Below, in pieces: positions 13,137 to 26,788 of a stretch of 60,492 nucleotides of DNA. The first letter of the stretch is position 1. Each line of letters starts with the position of its first letter. Source of the DNA: Catajapyx aquilonaris (taxonomy: Eukaryota); NCBI GenBank assembly GCA_000934665.2, contig KZ538584.1, positions 1-60,492 on the forward strand. Reading direction: 5' to 3'. Below the pieces are notes generated by a model. It searched no databases. It saw only the letters and a list, made by a program, of their open reading frames with translations, and had not been told where the DNA came from. Made by a program: the position numbers and the translations under genes.

Positions 13137-15874
13137 AACAATAGAAAAAACTCGGTTCACATCCAACACGGCATAAAAATTCACGGCGTCTGTTAATAAA
13201 GAGATAATTACTCCATTCTTTGCGCATCAAGCTCAAGTGAATTTAGCAAGAGTGTATTATACCTTCCCCGGAACAGGCCCACCCTTTTCCGAACCAGCTC
13301 ACGCCTTCCGGAACACCCGAGGATCCAAACCAAACACCGAAAGGCCCAGCCCATTCCAATTCTCTTCTAACCCAAAGTTTGACTAGCTCTGCTTGACTTG
13401 TTAATTGAGTGGGACCCCCCACAAACTTCGGGCTGCTCCAACTCAGCAAAATCATTTTAGCCAGTGTTGACTCTATTCATCTCTCTCCTCTCTTGGATTT
13501 CACAATGGACATGAAAAATTCAACAATGGGAAGCTTTCCACCCTATATTATCCATCGACCCCCTCAGGGTTTGTTTCCTTCCTCCTGGGGAATACTCTCA
13601 TCCAGCAGGCAAGCGCAGTGCTGATATGTGACGCTGCTGACATGAACTGATATGGGAACATACATTGGGGCCAATCTCCCCTCTTTTTAATTCATATTTG
13701 CGCACTTCGTAACCATAATACGATGCATGAATATTATAAAATCCTGTCCACCCAGAACATTGGTGGTCGGGTTTCATTTATTCCCCGGATCGCCAATACC
13801 AGAGAGTGAGATCATATCAGGCAGGAGTTGTCTCTGGGGAAATGATCATGCTAAGACAAGAAGAGAAAATATGTAGGACGGGGGAAAAAAACCTAGTCCA
13901 TTTTCATTTTCGTCGCAATCGATTTGAGCTAAGTAGAAGCATGCATGTCGGTAAGTAAACTGACCTATTCGGAGTTGTGTTTGGCTGGAATTGCTCGTCA
14001 ACTTGACTTTTTTGTGTATGCAAAAAGTAATTCATCACGTTGTTTTGTTTCGATTATGATACTTAACAAGCAGATGATCATAGGAAACCTTTGTTGCTAT
14101 TGATAGCGCAAGGGAGATGTTATCGAAGCCTTTTTTCCGAGACTCTTGACATTTTGTCCGGCAATGTGATTAATTTCTTTTGGGAAATCATGGCATGCAA
14201 GCAAGTCATGTTTTAATCATCGGGGCATGTCTTGAAAGTGAAATATTGCGGAGGAACTGGAGTACACATGATGAAGGTTGAATAACAGTGGGTTAATATG
14301 TTGGTTTTTTTTATCGTCGACGTTGAGCAATAAATTGGCCAACAGATAATGCCGAAAACTAATTTCACATTACATCTCCTCGAGAAAATAGAAAAAGATG
14401 TATCTCTCTGCAATGTTGAGACTGGTACAGGGGATGAATTTTTTACTCTTTTTAAACCTACGTAATAATTCTCCTGCGTAAAGTAAACCGTTCAGTTAAG
14501 CTAATTTTCTTTTGTAAACGAACACAAATCTAACTTTTGAGAATGTGCGCGTTGTTTATTTTAGCCCCCTGAATAATTTGAATTTTCAGTTCGGTTTAAT
14601 CACAGAGCTGAATTCAACTTTATTAATTGCAGTGCGACTTATTCTCTTAAGATGAAGTGTACTCTCTGCATTATTTTGAGCCTTTTTGGCTTGTTTTGAG
14701 TGCCTTCACTCTCAATTCATGTGAAGTAACATCCGATGTAGTGAATTTTCCTCCCAATAAAATTATTTTAAATGATCGCCAATTTGATCATACGTTTTCC
14801 TCGAAATTTATTTACTGTCTATTTTATTTATTCCTTACCTATTCTAAAAAGTCTGCTGTAAAAACACTCGCAACATTTTATACCACTGTAAAAATTAGTT
14901 ATGAAGTCAGTTCCAATATACAGTAACTTCCATCTATAAGCTATTTCGGGTGAACAAAACGTTAAAATCCACTGTAAATAATTTACACAGCTCATTATTT
15001 AAAATTCCCGTTGAAATGTCCAGAACCCTGCGAAAAATACAGCACCATTCTCGCGAGGCCAGTCAACATATTATAAAGCCCCACTTTTGTTCATCCAGGA
15101 AGCGAGAATGGCCCAGAAATATTCCCTCTCTGGTGTATAAAGTTGCGAATCTGCGGTTTGTCGGTCCCCACCCTTGACTTAAATACAACTACAGTTGATT
15201 TTTTTGTTTCGAGGCCAGAAGCAGAGGAGGGGAGAGTAAGCGCTATAAAAAAATTTGTTGAATCCCATAAATTCTTAATGGCTGGTGTGGTTGAGGGGTT
15301 TGAAAGAAGGAGAGCGAGGAAAAAAGGAAAGGCAGCGCAGCAAGTGGGTGATGTGGTCAGCCGCCATCTGACTATTAGGCTGATGGGACCTGACAGGCCA
15401 TGACTCACTGCTGTTGACCCGGGAGAGCCAGGAGATGAGCCAGTGGTGGTAGGCCCCCATACCCCCCTCCGCCCTACAACCCATACCGGCTAATGAAATT
15501 TCCACCCTCCCAAACCTCCCCCACACCCAACCCAGCAGCCAGCAGCAGAGAGAGGCCAGTTTCCAGTTCACTAGACGTGCTTACCATCTGTTCCACATTA
15601 GGCTTCCCGGCTTTGCATGCATGCGAAACCCTCCCTCCCCGCTCCCTCCCCCCCCTCTCTCTCCACATGCTCTAATCCTCTCATCCAAAGTCACACAACT
15701 CATCCCCAACAATCAGCCCAGTTCTGTCCTCACCGCTCTGAATCAACCACGGTTATAAATTATTACGTGCGGTACTTATTATATCATCATCTGGAGCCCA
15801 GAGGGCGGGATTTGCTCAGGCGACAACATAATATAAGAATCGTAATATTACCAGCTTACCACTAAACGCAACTA

Positions 15875-16404
15875 CAGTATTGACTCCGGATATAACATAC
15901 TTCGAGGGACCGCGCGGGGAAAAGTATGTTACAACCGAGGCTTGTTATATAGCCAAATAGCCACTTTTGCAACAAAACCACAAGTTTTCTGCTCTCTATA
16001 CGCTTGTAATGCACACTACTGCATAATGAAACATACTATCCACAAGAATATGACACATTAGCTCGCCCGTAAATTAGGCACCAAAAAATCAGTAATTTTC
16101 TTCTACCGTCTCCTTGCTGCCAAGCACACCAGAAAAAAAGTATGATTTTGAGTAGCTTATAGGTCAATGACATATATGCGAAAAATCACCCCCCCCCCCN
16201 CCCCCGCCCTCCAGTATTCTCTGTCTTCCTGTGCGTGAAAAAGGATGTTGAATAATTTTAAACCCCTTCGAGGGCTCAAAAATGGTATGTGAAAGCCAAG
16301 GCGATGTGAAAATGAGTCTATTATATCCGGAGTAACATACACAGGGTCTAATGGAAGTATGGCGAGTATGTTATAACCCATGCTGTTATATCCTGATTCA
16401 ACTG
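15875..16404. mobile_element. pogo/Tigger-like MITE (TA-CAGT...ACTG-TA)
   Basis: CAGT..TGACTCCGGATATAACA / TGTTATATCCTGATTCAACTG termini, TA flanks, repeated GTTATA.CC subterminal motifs. Confidence 0.7.
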
Positions 16405-17584
16405 TATTGCTTATGCATAAAAAGCATGTGTTTTCAGCCTAAAGAAACGATTTTGCCACTGATTATATAGTAATTTTTGAAAATAATAATAAGCACATAT
16501 TAGAGCCAAAAATCCAATCAAACATCATAAGCTTATATTTAGAACTGGCTTGGGTGAGTCACCGGGAGTGTGCCATCTATATGTGACAGATATGATACTA
16601 CGCACACAATCGGAGGACAGGGTAGTGTTGCCAAGTTTTATTAAGGGTTAACTCTCGTGTGTCTATATACTCTATAATATTGCAGAATTTAGTTGAAACT
16701 TTATGCAGCTAACACGGTGTTGCGTCTCATAATTTACCGCACACCCTGTACACACTCCCCCAGAAAAAGTCTTGAACGAGAGTGTGCGGCCTGGTCTTTT
16801 AATTTGTGTGAATTGTTTCCCCCCTCGCGGCGATTACAAAGTTTCGGGCGAAAGCTATCCCCCAAGACAAGTTCTCAACGTACGGATTTGAAACGGCACC
16901 AAAACTATTTCCTCGGCTGAAGTAAAGTAGGCCGCTTCCACCCGATAGGAAGCCAGGAAATTTAGTCTCCCCCCCCCCTCCCCTCTTCCTCTTCTCTCCC
17001 CAAAAGCTGGCGAAACTTGTGCAGAGAAACTCGCAGAGTAGAGTAGTTTCAGACCTGAGGGCAGGAAATTCATTTTCTCTCTCCAATCCTTGAACGCAGA
17101 AAATGGCAAAGAGAAAGAGAAAGACTTTGGAACCCCTGGTTCAAACCCTAGGAAACTCCCGATTCCCCAAGGCTCGGTCACCATATTTCCCCCACAGTCT
17201 CTCTCCCCGGTCCTTTCTCTTTTCCCCCCCTTCCAACCTTCTAATCCTTGTCGATGAGGTTCTAATTAAGCCCGAAAAGCCTCTGTCTCTCCCAATCCCG
17301 TAACGGCCACCTCCGTGAATAGTAATTCCCCTTGAAGCGGGCTTAAGCCAAAAGGTGACCCGCCTTGCTGGAGGAACCTGGCTCGCTTTTTCCTGGCAAC
17401 GGAAAAGACAAAATGGAACTGAAAACAAGCATTGCGTACGAAAAGACTATTGCGGGGTTTGAATCGGTCAAGAATGCGGTCCTCATTGTGCGCCGCAGGC
17501 CAACTAACGTTATTGTGGCTTTGTCAAGTGAGGAGTTTACCTATACATGTAAATCGCGCTCGTGGCGTTCAAATTTGTCAACTA

Positions 17585-17678
17585 CAGTATGTTGCCTCCA
17601 GATAATTATAACAGACTTCAAGGGACCGCGGAAAAAAGTATGTTATAGCAGAAGCTGTTATATCCGGAGTCAACTTTG
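17585..17678. mobile_element. Internally deleted ~95-bp copy of the 15875..16404 MITE
   Basis: Shares ACTTC.AGGGACCGCG..AAAAGTATGTTA and GCTGTTATATCC.GA.TCAACT blocks; TA flanks. Confidence 0.7.
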
Positions 17679-18432
17679 TATAGTGAAGACAGAAAATCCG
17701 GAATATTTCGGACTTCACAGGGCGACTTGGGGATTAATTTTACCCGGTAATTTGCCAGCTCACAGGAAATTAGGGCACCCTTCTGCCCCCAATATTTTCG
17801 ACCGGATTGTACGTGACAAAAGAAAAGGATTGTTGCCAGTGCGTGTCTGCGTGTCGTCGGCCGGAATGGGGAATCCCTGGTGTGCAGGAAACAGGCGAGT
17901 CCATCGAGGGTCTCCTGAGATTCCCATTTATCCCCCCACCCCACTTGCATAATTCACCTCCCACCTTTCCCTCCTGATATGAGGCACATGCAAATAGTCA
18001 AGGACTGGATTGGGGTTGAGGGCAGAAAAAAAAGAGAGAAGAGGCCAGGTGGATGATTAGAGATAAACAGCAGACGGCGATTACTATCTGGGCGCAAAAG
18101 CTACGTACGAATGCATGTATGCAAAAAGATTGCCCAAAATGCGACGGAATTGTGGGTGGTAAAGCACATTAATTTATTCGCTTGGAGTCGACACAGACGG
18201 CGGCGGGGCTTCACCATGTTGGCACGTCAGAGATGGCCCCGATTTCGGGCGGACAACACACCTTCTTAGGCGCGTTTACACAGGCGCAACAATGCCCTTT
18301 CAGTAATCTAATTATTATTGTAACACTCTCCAGACAATACGTGTATCGACGGGATTTCACAATTATTATCACTCGTTGTTATTCATTGTAATCAAAGTTT
18401 GCATGGTTGTTGAAGGGCTCTTACGATTTCTA

Positions 18433-18471
18433 AATCTGTAGTCTACACATCTGAAGTGTAGACTACAGATT
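18433..18471. repeat. Perfect 16-bp hairpin with 7-nt loop
   Basis: AATCTGTAGTCTACAC-atctgaa-GTGTAGACTACAGATT. Confidence 0.9.
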
Positions 18472-20685
18472 CTATAATATTTGCGTGTTTCAAAAGGACT
18501 GAGGGATATCGGTAATGATTTTGTGCTTAACATGAAGTGTACCATACTGTATAACTTATAACGTAATAATAATGCTGACACTGACAGTGAGTTGAGGTAG
18601 AATTTTTATCAACGCTGACGAAAACTACCAATATACAGTAGTTATCCATAACATGCAATCGAAGATTATCTGTATAATTTTAATTGATTCAACACACCCT
18701 TTGACCGGTTAACGCTTTCTTTGATTGCTGTTTGATGCTCACCATATCCTCCACAATATTAAATAATAAATTGCATAAAGGATATATTGAAATATTCCTG
18801 CATCTAATATGGACATAATGAGTGGAAATTTTGTTGAGTCAAGATGGCAAGTTTCGTCAATATCATTTTGAATTATTATTGACTATAAATGAAAAGTCTA
18901 CATACCGCGTCCAGTACTATACCATGAGGTCACCATGTGCTAAACATCGCTGCGTTTTAATGACCCAAATGTGCCTGGTGTTGTATCTTCATCCAGGGTG
19001 CTGTAAAGCATAATCATTTATTTACTTTCACATGCAATTATTGGCGGGTTTGACACGACTGTTGACATGTCAGCTAAAAACGAAGGCTATACCTAGGTGC
19101 TACCTCTAATTCCAGTGTAGTAATTTTTATTAAATAGTAATTAAAACATTTTTGACACATTTGCATAATTAGGCAACGATACAATGGAACATTTGCGCAT
19201 AGTTTTTTTTCACTGCGTCCTTTTTTGCTCAGACGCTCCCCCAAATGCGAAGATGTCTATAACTCGTAAGCAGACTGCGGCTTGGGGCTTAGCACGTGGT
19301 CAAACCCCATAGATGAAAAAAAGAATACTGGTGTGTATCCCTGGTAGCTTTCCGGCATTAAAGCCCTCCCCGTGATCCTCTCTCGAGGGACAGGTGAGCA
19401 GCAGACAGGTGAGCTTCACTTCCAGTCGAACCCTGCACGTAAGGGTCTCCAGGGACGGCTTACGTGGGCAAATTTTGGTAGGGGGGAGAATAATAACTGA
19501 GGAAGATTTTTAAGCTCCATATGGCACACACTGAGCCTCAGATGTTAGCTATATACCCTCACTATAAGGCCAAAAATCTGGGCTGGGGTTTACATTGGCA
19601 AACAGAAATTTGCCATTTGTCGTCAATTACAGTCATTACTCACTGTCGATTCCGGGCAAGGTACCAATTATTTTGAATAGTAAGAAGAAGCATTTGGCTT
19701 TTGTCAACAAGTAAACCAGTTTTTTGATGTGTTCCGCGGGATGTGAAGGATTGATAACGACAATGTTGTTGACGTAATGTGTCAGTTCAATAAATCTTAT
19801 TATTCTGAGCCAATATACTTTCAATAATTTAGAACACCTTCAACGGCACACATGAACTCAAATCCTGCTCATGCTCGCAAAGTCCTGTCCTTTTTTTTTT
19901 GTCAAAACCCGGACCACCAAAATCTCCTCTCTCACACGCTCTACAAACGTAAAGCACACTAAGTAGTGTGACGTGACTCCCAAGAAAATCCCTCCTGGAA
20001 GTTGCATGTTCAGCCCTTTTTTTTCCCCCTCCACTCTTTCCCGGTCTCCCCTGAAGCTAAAAGCCCCAGCAAGTTCACATCCCAGCTTTCTGAGCAAATG
20101 GCGTGTATGTGTATATATACGTATATAGGGAGGGAGAGCTATCCTGCCATTGTGGAAGAGTGGACATAATGGTGGAGGATCTGGCATCGAGCCCGGAAGC
20201 GTCAGGCTGAGCGAATAAAAGGCAAGGAAGGAGAAATGGCAAGAAGGGAGGGGGGAAAAAAGAACTGGAAGAGAGTCGTGGAGAAAGTGCTCATATTGAA
20301 GGATGACGGCTGTGTGTCCCCCGTTGGGCGATGGCTGCCGGCTTCTCCTTTCCCCGCAAAACCCATTGGCGCGAAGAGTGCGGCGGCCATTTGTCTCCAT
20401 CTGGGCCATCAAGGGGCGCAGACAGTGAGGGACGCCTCCTTTCCTTTTCCTCAGCCCCAAATCTGACACGCTGACGGACGCCCACCTCCCATTTTATACT
20501 ATATACCCTTCAAGAAAAAAACCTTTCTTTCTCAGACTCCGTCGGGGTGCACGTTTACTCGATCCAAAGCTGGAGCAGACACTAGCATTTCGGAACTTTT
20601 TTCCTACGCGACGAAAAGGCGGGAGTCGGGGTGGAGGAGCGGGGAAGTTCAGAGAGCGCGTCCGAATGCATGCGGCACAGTGGAA

Positions 20686-20995
20686 GAGCCACAATAACGT
20701 TCGTTGACCTGTGGCGCCACAAAACGTCACAATAAGCTCCCAGCTCCACATTTTACTCTAATTATCGTGATAATGGACGTATCGTAGTTGCCGGACCCCC
20801 AAGGAGCGACAATACCGGGGTGATCTGCCAAAGCCGTACAGAAACACCATAGAGATACGAAGACTTATATTCATAACGCTATGCACCGAATGCATGTGAC
20901 GCCCAAGTGCGTCTCGCCGTGGCAAGCCCACAATAACGTTAGTTGGCCTATGGCACCACAAAACGTACAGTAATAAATTTTGCAGCCACATAACC
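20686..20995. repeat. Two direct copies of a ~60-bp motif, third inverted copy at ~17485-17523
   Basis: CCACAATAACGTT.GTTG.CCT.TGGC.CCACAAAACGT at ~20689 and ~20927; reverse complement CAGGCCAACTAACGTTATTGTGGCT at ~17496. Confidence 0.75.
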
Positions 20996-22044
20996 CACAA
21001 TCATTCGTGCATAAGATTGTGCCCAGTGCCCAATAAATCATTCATGCTCGCTTAGTTATACAGTTGCACCACCTGCCCACCTCATTTTGGGAGAGCTTCT
21101 GTGTTGATTCGACGCTTAGGTTTTGATAATTATCGGATACTCCTTGCGATTATACAGTTCGCTGATCTGATTCCAACCAGTACCCTTCCCCCCCCTCCCA
21201 AAAGCTTAGCCAGACAATTCGTTGGCCCCCGGATAGAGAGAGAGGAAAAAAAAGCCCGGTGAAGCCGATAAGCCTTCTGCCCGGAAAGATCCGGGATGGG
21301 TTGGGTTAGAAAAGTCCCGATTTCAATTTGTGCGATGCATCTTGGTTGCAAGCCAGGACCCATGATCGGAAGTAATGACGGGCCTGGTATAGGGTGGGGG
21401 GTATATACAGAAGAGAGAGAGAAAAAAAGGTTCAGCGGAAAATCAGATGGAAGCCAGCAAAATGGTGGAGTCATTTGGCAGAGAAGGGTCAGTCCGGTCA
21501 ATCCCCTGGGTTGCAATAAGCTGGCTTCAACAGGAGGGGGCCTCCACAGTTGTTTCTCTCTTCCAACCCCCAAAGTGAAGCCAGCCAAGGTTTGCACACT
21601 TATACAGGGGGACTGGAGATTTTCCACGGAGGCAAAAGAGGTGGAAAAAAGGGGAAGGATTGAGTTTACAGTCGCTCAGCAAAAGCGGAATAAACAGCTC
21701 GCTCGAGAATTGCGCCTTGGAAGGCTTTTTGTGCTTCGGATGGGTTTCTTTTCTTCTTTTGCTTTCGATACTTTAGATTAGGGATCTGGAAGAGTGTATT
21801 GTTTTGCTTCTCATTCTCTTTTTTCGAGTCAACAAAAAAAGAAAGGAGGGGAAATAGAGCGAGGGATTTGAAACAGTGGAATCCAAATTAATTGACAGGC
21901 TTCGTTGGTTTATTATAGGCAAGAAGTTTGTAAAGTGCTGAAATTAGAGCTCTGCACGTTATGAAGGAAAAATAAGTTCCGATTTCGCATATTTCTACGC
22001 AGCCTGTTCCTATTGCAAATGACAATGTATGGCTTTAATGCATA

Positions 22045-22710
22045 TACAGGGTGTTGCACTAGATAGTCTCGCCAAAGAATCGACTATATATTTCTTCCTA
22101 CTCTACAGTCTAGAAACATGATGTTTGGTTTACAACATACTTTAGTTCATGGGAATGTAGCACCATTCATAATAAATGCTGCACTTGACCTTAAACGACC
22201 TCCATACGCACTCGAACGCGACTCGACGCTCCTTATTATCGAAGGCCTTCAGCAGCATGTCCTCATAAATAGTCAGGATGAATGCACCAATTGTGTTTTG
22301 GACCAATAGGCTACAGTTGTAGATGACCTCCTTTAGAGGAAGAAAAATGGAAAAAGTGAAGCACAGGCTGCTGGCATCACCGAAAAAGTCACTCACGATT
22401 TTGTCACAGAAACCGGGCATCATATCCTCCTTCCATCTGTCAGAAGAGCCCTTATAATGGGGATATTTGAAGAGTTGTGCTTACAACAATGAGCCTCGAC
22501 GTTAGAAGACTTGCAACATCAGTGCAGCAATCGGGACTATACTATTAATGTAGATATGCTGCAGAGGATCTTCGATAATAAGGAGAAGTCGAATCGCGTG
22601 CGAGTGCGTATGGAGGTGGTTGAAGGTCAATCCCAGCATTTATTGCGAATGATCAGTGCCACATTCCCATGAACTAAGGTACCGTAACTTTTAAACCAAA
22701 CATCATCAGC
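22045..22710. mobile_element. Two oppositely oriented Tc1/mariner transposase C-terminal remnants forming an inverted repeat
   Basis: + copy: WGYLKSCAYNNEPR..LEDLQ..TINVDMLQRIFDNKE..EGQSQHLL (~22458-22646). - copy: LKEVIY..TIYEDMLLKAFDNKERRV (ORF 22142..22423). TA-CAGGGTG terminus at 22045. Arms ~22114-22272 and ~22540-22707 are reverse complementary. Confidence 0.75.
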
Positions 22711-23699
22711 ATTTCATAATAATTATACAAAAATAATACAGCATTAGCTGTGCTAACAGGATTGACCATTTCTGTAATTATATAAACTCTCCCAAAACAT
22801 GCACCACCATTACTTCCAAGCAGTATACTTCATCAGGTGATAAAAAGTAATGTCGGTATTGTCAACTGCCGAACTGGCATCAAGGACTTTCGAGTCGTCG
22901 TTTTTAAGCGTTAGTCACGCGCAATTTGACGAGACTCCCTGATTCAGTGCACCGGGCGTAAAAATGGAAGGGGCCAAGTGCCGCCTTAGTCATGATGGCC
23001 GCGCCCGTAGCAATATTTTTTTTTCTCTCTCTCTCTACTCCCTAACCTTCCTTCGTTTCGCATGAATCCTCTTTCTCTTCTGGTATATAACAGCGAGGCT
23101 GTCTACCCCCACCCTCCCCTCCCTCTATCGTAAGTAATCAAAGTGAGTGCTCTCTGGATTTGGCGACTAATGCACGACGCATAATTAGGAAGCCAACATC
23201 TCGCATGCTTTGCTTCCGTCGCGATCGCCACGCTCTATTGAGGAAGATGACAGCAGGGCAGGAGACGGAAGGGCCTATAGGCTTGGGGGAGGGGGAAAAA
23301 ATAAAGAGAAAAAATAGGCTTCCTTTTGTACAGAACCGAGAGAGGGGGGGGGGGGATAGCCGTCGATGTCATATTGTGATGAAGCCAATCAAATTGGCCT
23401 TTGGAAAACGGTTTAGCGCGAAAATTACTCAATAATATTTTTTGCGCCAATAACATCTCATTATATGGATGGTGTTATGCAATAATGCCTCAACCCACAA
23501 AAAATGTTAAAATTGAGTTGTTAAGCCAAGGAACATAATTATATAGCAAAAGGATCGTACTTCATTCAGTTAGAATCAATCTGACGAAATCTGCATACTT
23601 CTGCCATAAATGACCGAAAAGGACACTGAATTAATTTCACAGGTGTGACATTCAAAGCCCTTTTTCTCAAAACTGTTCTCATGTGGGTTGACTCATTAT

Positions 23700-23888
23700 T
23701 GTATAACACCGTCCATATATAGAATTGGCTAGGAGTGACTTTGTCCCTGCACGACCTAGGTGCATATTATAGTTACCACTCGAAGTGGTATAGTGTGCAT
23801 ATGCGCGCCATCGGGTTGTGGCATATTGTACTACGTGCAAGCGGGCTGGGCAGTGTTGCCAAATTATGGCATCGGGTTCACTACGAGA
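23700..23888 (+). repeat. Dispersed repeat family B, copy
   Basis: ATAGAATTGGCTAGG..GTGAC...GCGCCATC.GGT.GTGG.ATATTG..CTACGT.CAAG..GGGCAGTGTTGCCA..GTTCAC matches the reverse complement of 28010-28208. Confidence 0.75.
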
Positions 23889-25616
23889 AAAGCAATATTC
23901 CGCCGGAATTGTTATTTCCGTTCCCAAATATTTGCGCACTCAACGATAATTTTTTGTGAAATCAAATTTATGATGCTGTAATGTTAGCTTGAGAGGACTA
24001 CACGATCCAACTCCTTTTAGTTCCCCAAGCTCTCAGTACATATATTCGGGTAAAAAAGTAGATCCAGCCCCAGTTATTTCCCTTGCGTCTCGCTGCTAAT
24101 TTAATGCAAACGCCGCGGTTCCAATACACCCGAACAACATGGAAATATTAGCTCTCCTTATTCAATTTGCAAGTGAGTTTTCAAAGAGTTGATTGGACCA
24201 GGCCTCCCTGCAAAGGGGGTAGTCCGGTTGGCACAGACGGCTTCTGTTTGTAGTTATTTCAGGGTGCACCCGAAAACCCCAACCCTGTAAAAAAAAAAAC
24301 CCGGACCTATATGAAAAGAGAGGGGTAGGACCCGAATTTTCCCCGAGTCCCACTTAGCCAAGATGGGATTTCCATGTTGGAGTGGTGTTGTGCAATTGTA
24401 CAAGCCACTTCAGCGCACTTTCGGGACATTATGCTTCGGAATTAACATTTGGGTACTTTCAGAATTTGGGGATTAGCCCGTTCAGAGAGTCGGTTTGCAG
24501 AGCCCAGATAGGCCTATTCAGCCAGCCATAATTCCCCCTCCCCCCACCTCTCCCTCCCCGCTTTTCGAGTCTGCTATACCAGGGCTCGAAAAAGTGTGTA
24601 TGCAAAAACATCTGCCTCAGCTCTTTTTATGCCTCCACCAACCATTTTTTTGTAAAATAAAAAATACACTGCTCGCTTTTTGGTCAAGGCGAAATGTTTA
24701 TGGGTTTAGCCAGCAAATCGGGGGTTCATTTTTTACGCTTCTGCCACAAATATTTTGCACATTTTTGTGTAACGTGGACACACAATTTGCGCTTCTTGTA
24801 CACCTTACGTCATATAATCGCAAACCTTATTTTCCACCGAAAGTACCTGACATTGAACAAACGTTTGAATCATCCGGATGTCGTTTAATTCACCATATTC
24901 AAGCGAAAGTGTGCGGTGCAAGTAATTATGGAGAAGTAAACCACTATCATGTCGCTGACCACGTTTTTTTTCCAGGAATTGCCGGCGTGTAATTGTCGAC
25001 GGAAAAAACGTGCGTGCAGGAATCCTTTATTATTATAGCCCGAGTCAGGACAGGAATATTTACTCTGCAAACAAACGGCGTTGTACCGGTTCATTGACAG
25101 TTCGATATCCGCGATGTCTGTCACCAGTTTATTGCATACAAACCCGACCGGAAACAAAACCGATAATCATATCGGGCCTGATCAGAAAGGTCCACATCCT
25201 GACAGATTACAACCGTATCATCTTGAGCAAACTTTCTTGCGCCACACTTGTTTGTCAGGTCGATTCAGCCCATTTCCTGTGTGGTGATTCAGTGAATCTA
25301 CACTAGTAATATGGATATTATTTGGGTATACATGTTTAGGTTTATTAGGAAAGGAGCCAAAGCAACTGTCTATAAGATGGAGACAGAAACGAAGAGGAAA
25401 AAGAAGAGAGAAATAGTCTGGCTCCTATCACAAAGACCTATCCGACTTGGGTGGCCCTGCCAGTATAGATAAAGCGACCGGCACAGCTCCTGGGGTCACG
25501 GGAGAAACGCATTATTTGGGCAGGCGTCGTAGGCTGTATCTACAGGCGATAGAAGTGTCGTCCGCTGTATCTGCGACTATGACTATTCGAGACAGGTTGT
25601 ATCCCCCCCCCCCCCC

Positions 25617-25826
25617 NNNNNNNNNNNNNNNNNNNNNNNNNNNNNNNNNNNNNNNNNNNNNNNNNNNNNNNNNNNNNNNNNNNNNNNNNNNNNNNNNNNN
25701 NNNNNNNNNNNNNNNNNNNNNNNNNNNNNNNNNNNNNNNNNNNNNNNNNNNNNNNNNNNNNNNNNNNNNNNNNNNNNNNNNNNNNNNNNNNNNNNNNNNN
25801 NNNNNNNNNNNNNNNNNNNNNNNNNN
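25617..25826. other. Assembly gap (210 N)
   Basis: Run of N flanked by poly-C and (CT)n. Confidence 0.99.
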
Positions 25827-25874
25827 CTCTCTCTATACTCTCTGTAGAGTTTGAATTGGGGGGTGGAGGGTTGG

Positions 25875-25917
<43 letters not shown>

Positions 25918-26542
25918 GAGCGGCCACCAAATGACACGGGGACACACTCAGAGTCCGTCCCTCTCTCTAGTGTCCACAAATGGCGTGGATAACGACTTGG
26001 GCAAACACGGTTAGAGGAGTGCTAGCAGCTCTGCTACGAGCCTCGTCAAAGTGACTGCAAACCCTGGACCGAGAGCCAGAGAGACGATTAATTAGGACCC
26101 TGGGATATAGGGAGGGGAGGGGAGGGGAGGGGGGAACAAACGATGTAGAGTCTTCAGCGCGATCCATGCGATTCACGCAGCTGCTTTACATATGTCGTAC
26201 CTGGGTAAAAATGGACCGTTCAGGAAGGGAAATGGGGCCGTTTTGGGCCAGGTCGGACCTTCCCAGTACCGGTGTATACCAAGCTAGACCTTGTGTTAGG
26301 ACTGCTTGCACTATTGGGTGGGTCGTTTTTGCCAGGAATGTGTTTTGCAAATGTTGGGAGGGTGGGAATGGTTAGTGCTGTGGAAATGGGTCCGGCTGCT
26401 TTAAGCACGCGGGCTTGGCTCAATTGAGGCTGTTGTAATTAATACCGTCGCAATTAAAGAAACGTTTATTATTTTTACGAACGGGTGGCGAGAAATGTAA
26501 TTCACAGTAACAAATTTTTGATCCTAAATATTGAAAGATATT

Positions 26543-26788
26543 CAGGGTGTTCCAAGTTCGTCGGGCCTTTTATAATAGTTATTGTCATAGGAAATTTCGT
26601 TGTTTTTGTAGCTTGTTGTGCCCCTAATCAGTTGCCCTATGTTATAGCCACTGCTACCTTCGACCATCTGATAGTATACTGAGGCACTTGGATCGGGGCA
26701 CAACAAGCTACACAAAAATATCTACTTCGGACGATATCAGTGACGAGAAAAAACGACCCACGAACTTGGTTGGAACACCCAGCCTGTA
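26543..26788. mobile_element. Tc1/mariner-type MITE with CAGGGTG TIR
   Basis: CAGGGTGTTCCAAGTTCGT / ACGAACTTGG..GAACACCC..CCTG-TA ends; inner TGTAGCTTGTTGTGCCCC / GGGGCACAACAAGCTACA. Confidence 0.75.

Noticed and set aside
17365..17952. 195-aa ORF on +
   Set aside because: Non-ATG start, runs through a MITE and a dispersed repeat, no recognisable domain.
19858..21781. ORFs of 160-203 aa on both strands
   Set aside because: Low-complexity GC/GA-rich sequence with homopolymer runs, no domain and no consistent splice structure.
23062..23135. Possible alternative Lim3 first exon ending at GTAAGT
   Set aside because: The ATG-initiated frame reaches the donor in phase 2, incompatible with the phase-1 acceptor of exon 2.
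24680..25310. Possible decayed coding or TE fragment
   Set aside because: Some frames look protein-like, but I recognise no motif.
25447..25947. ORFs spanning poly-X
   Set aside because: Artefacts of the N gap.
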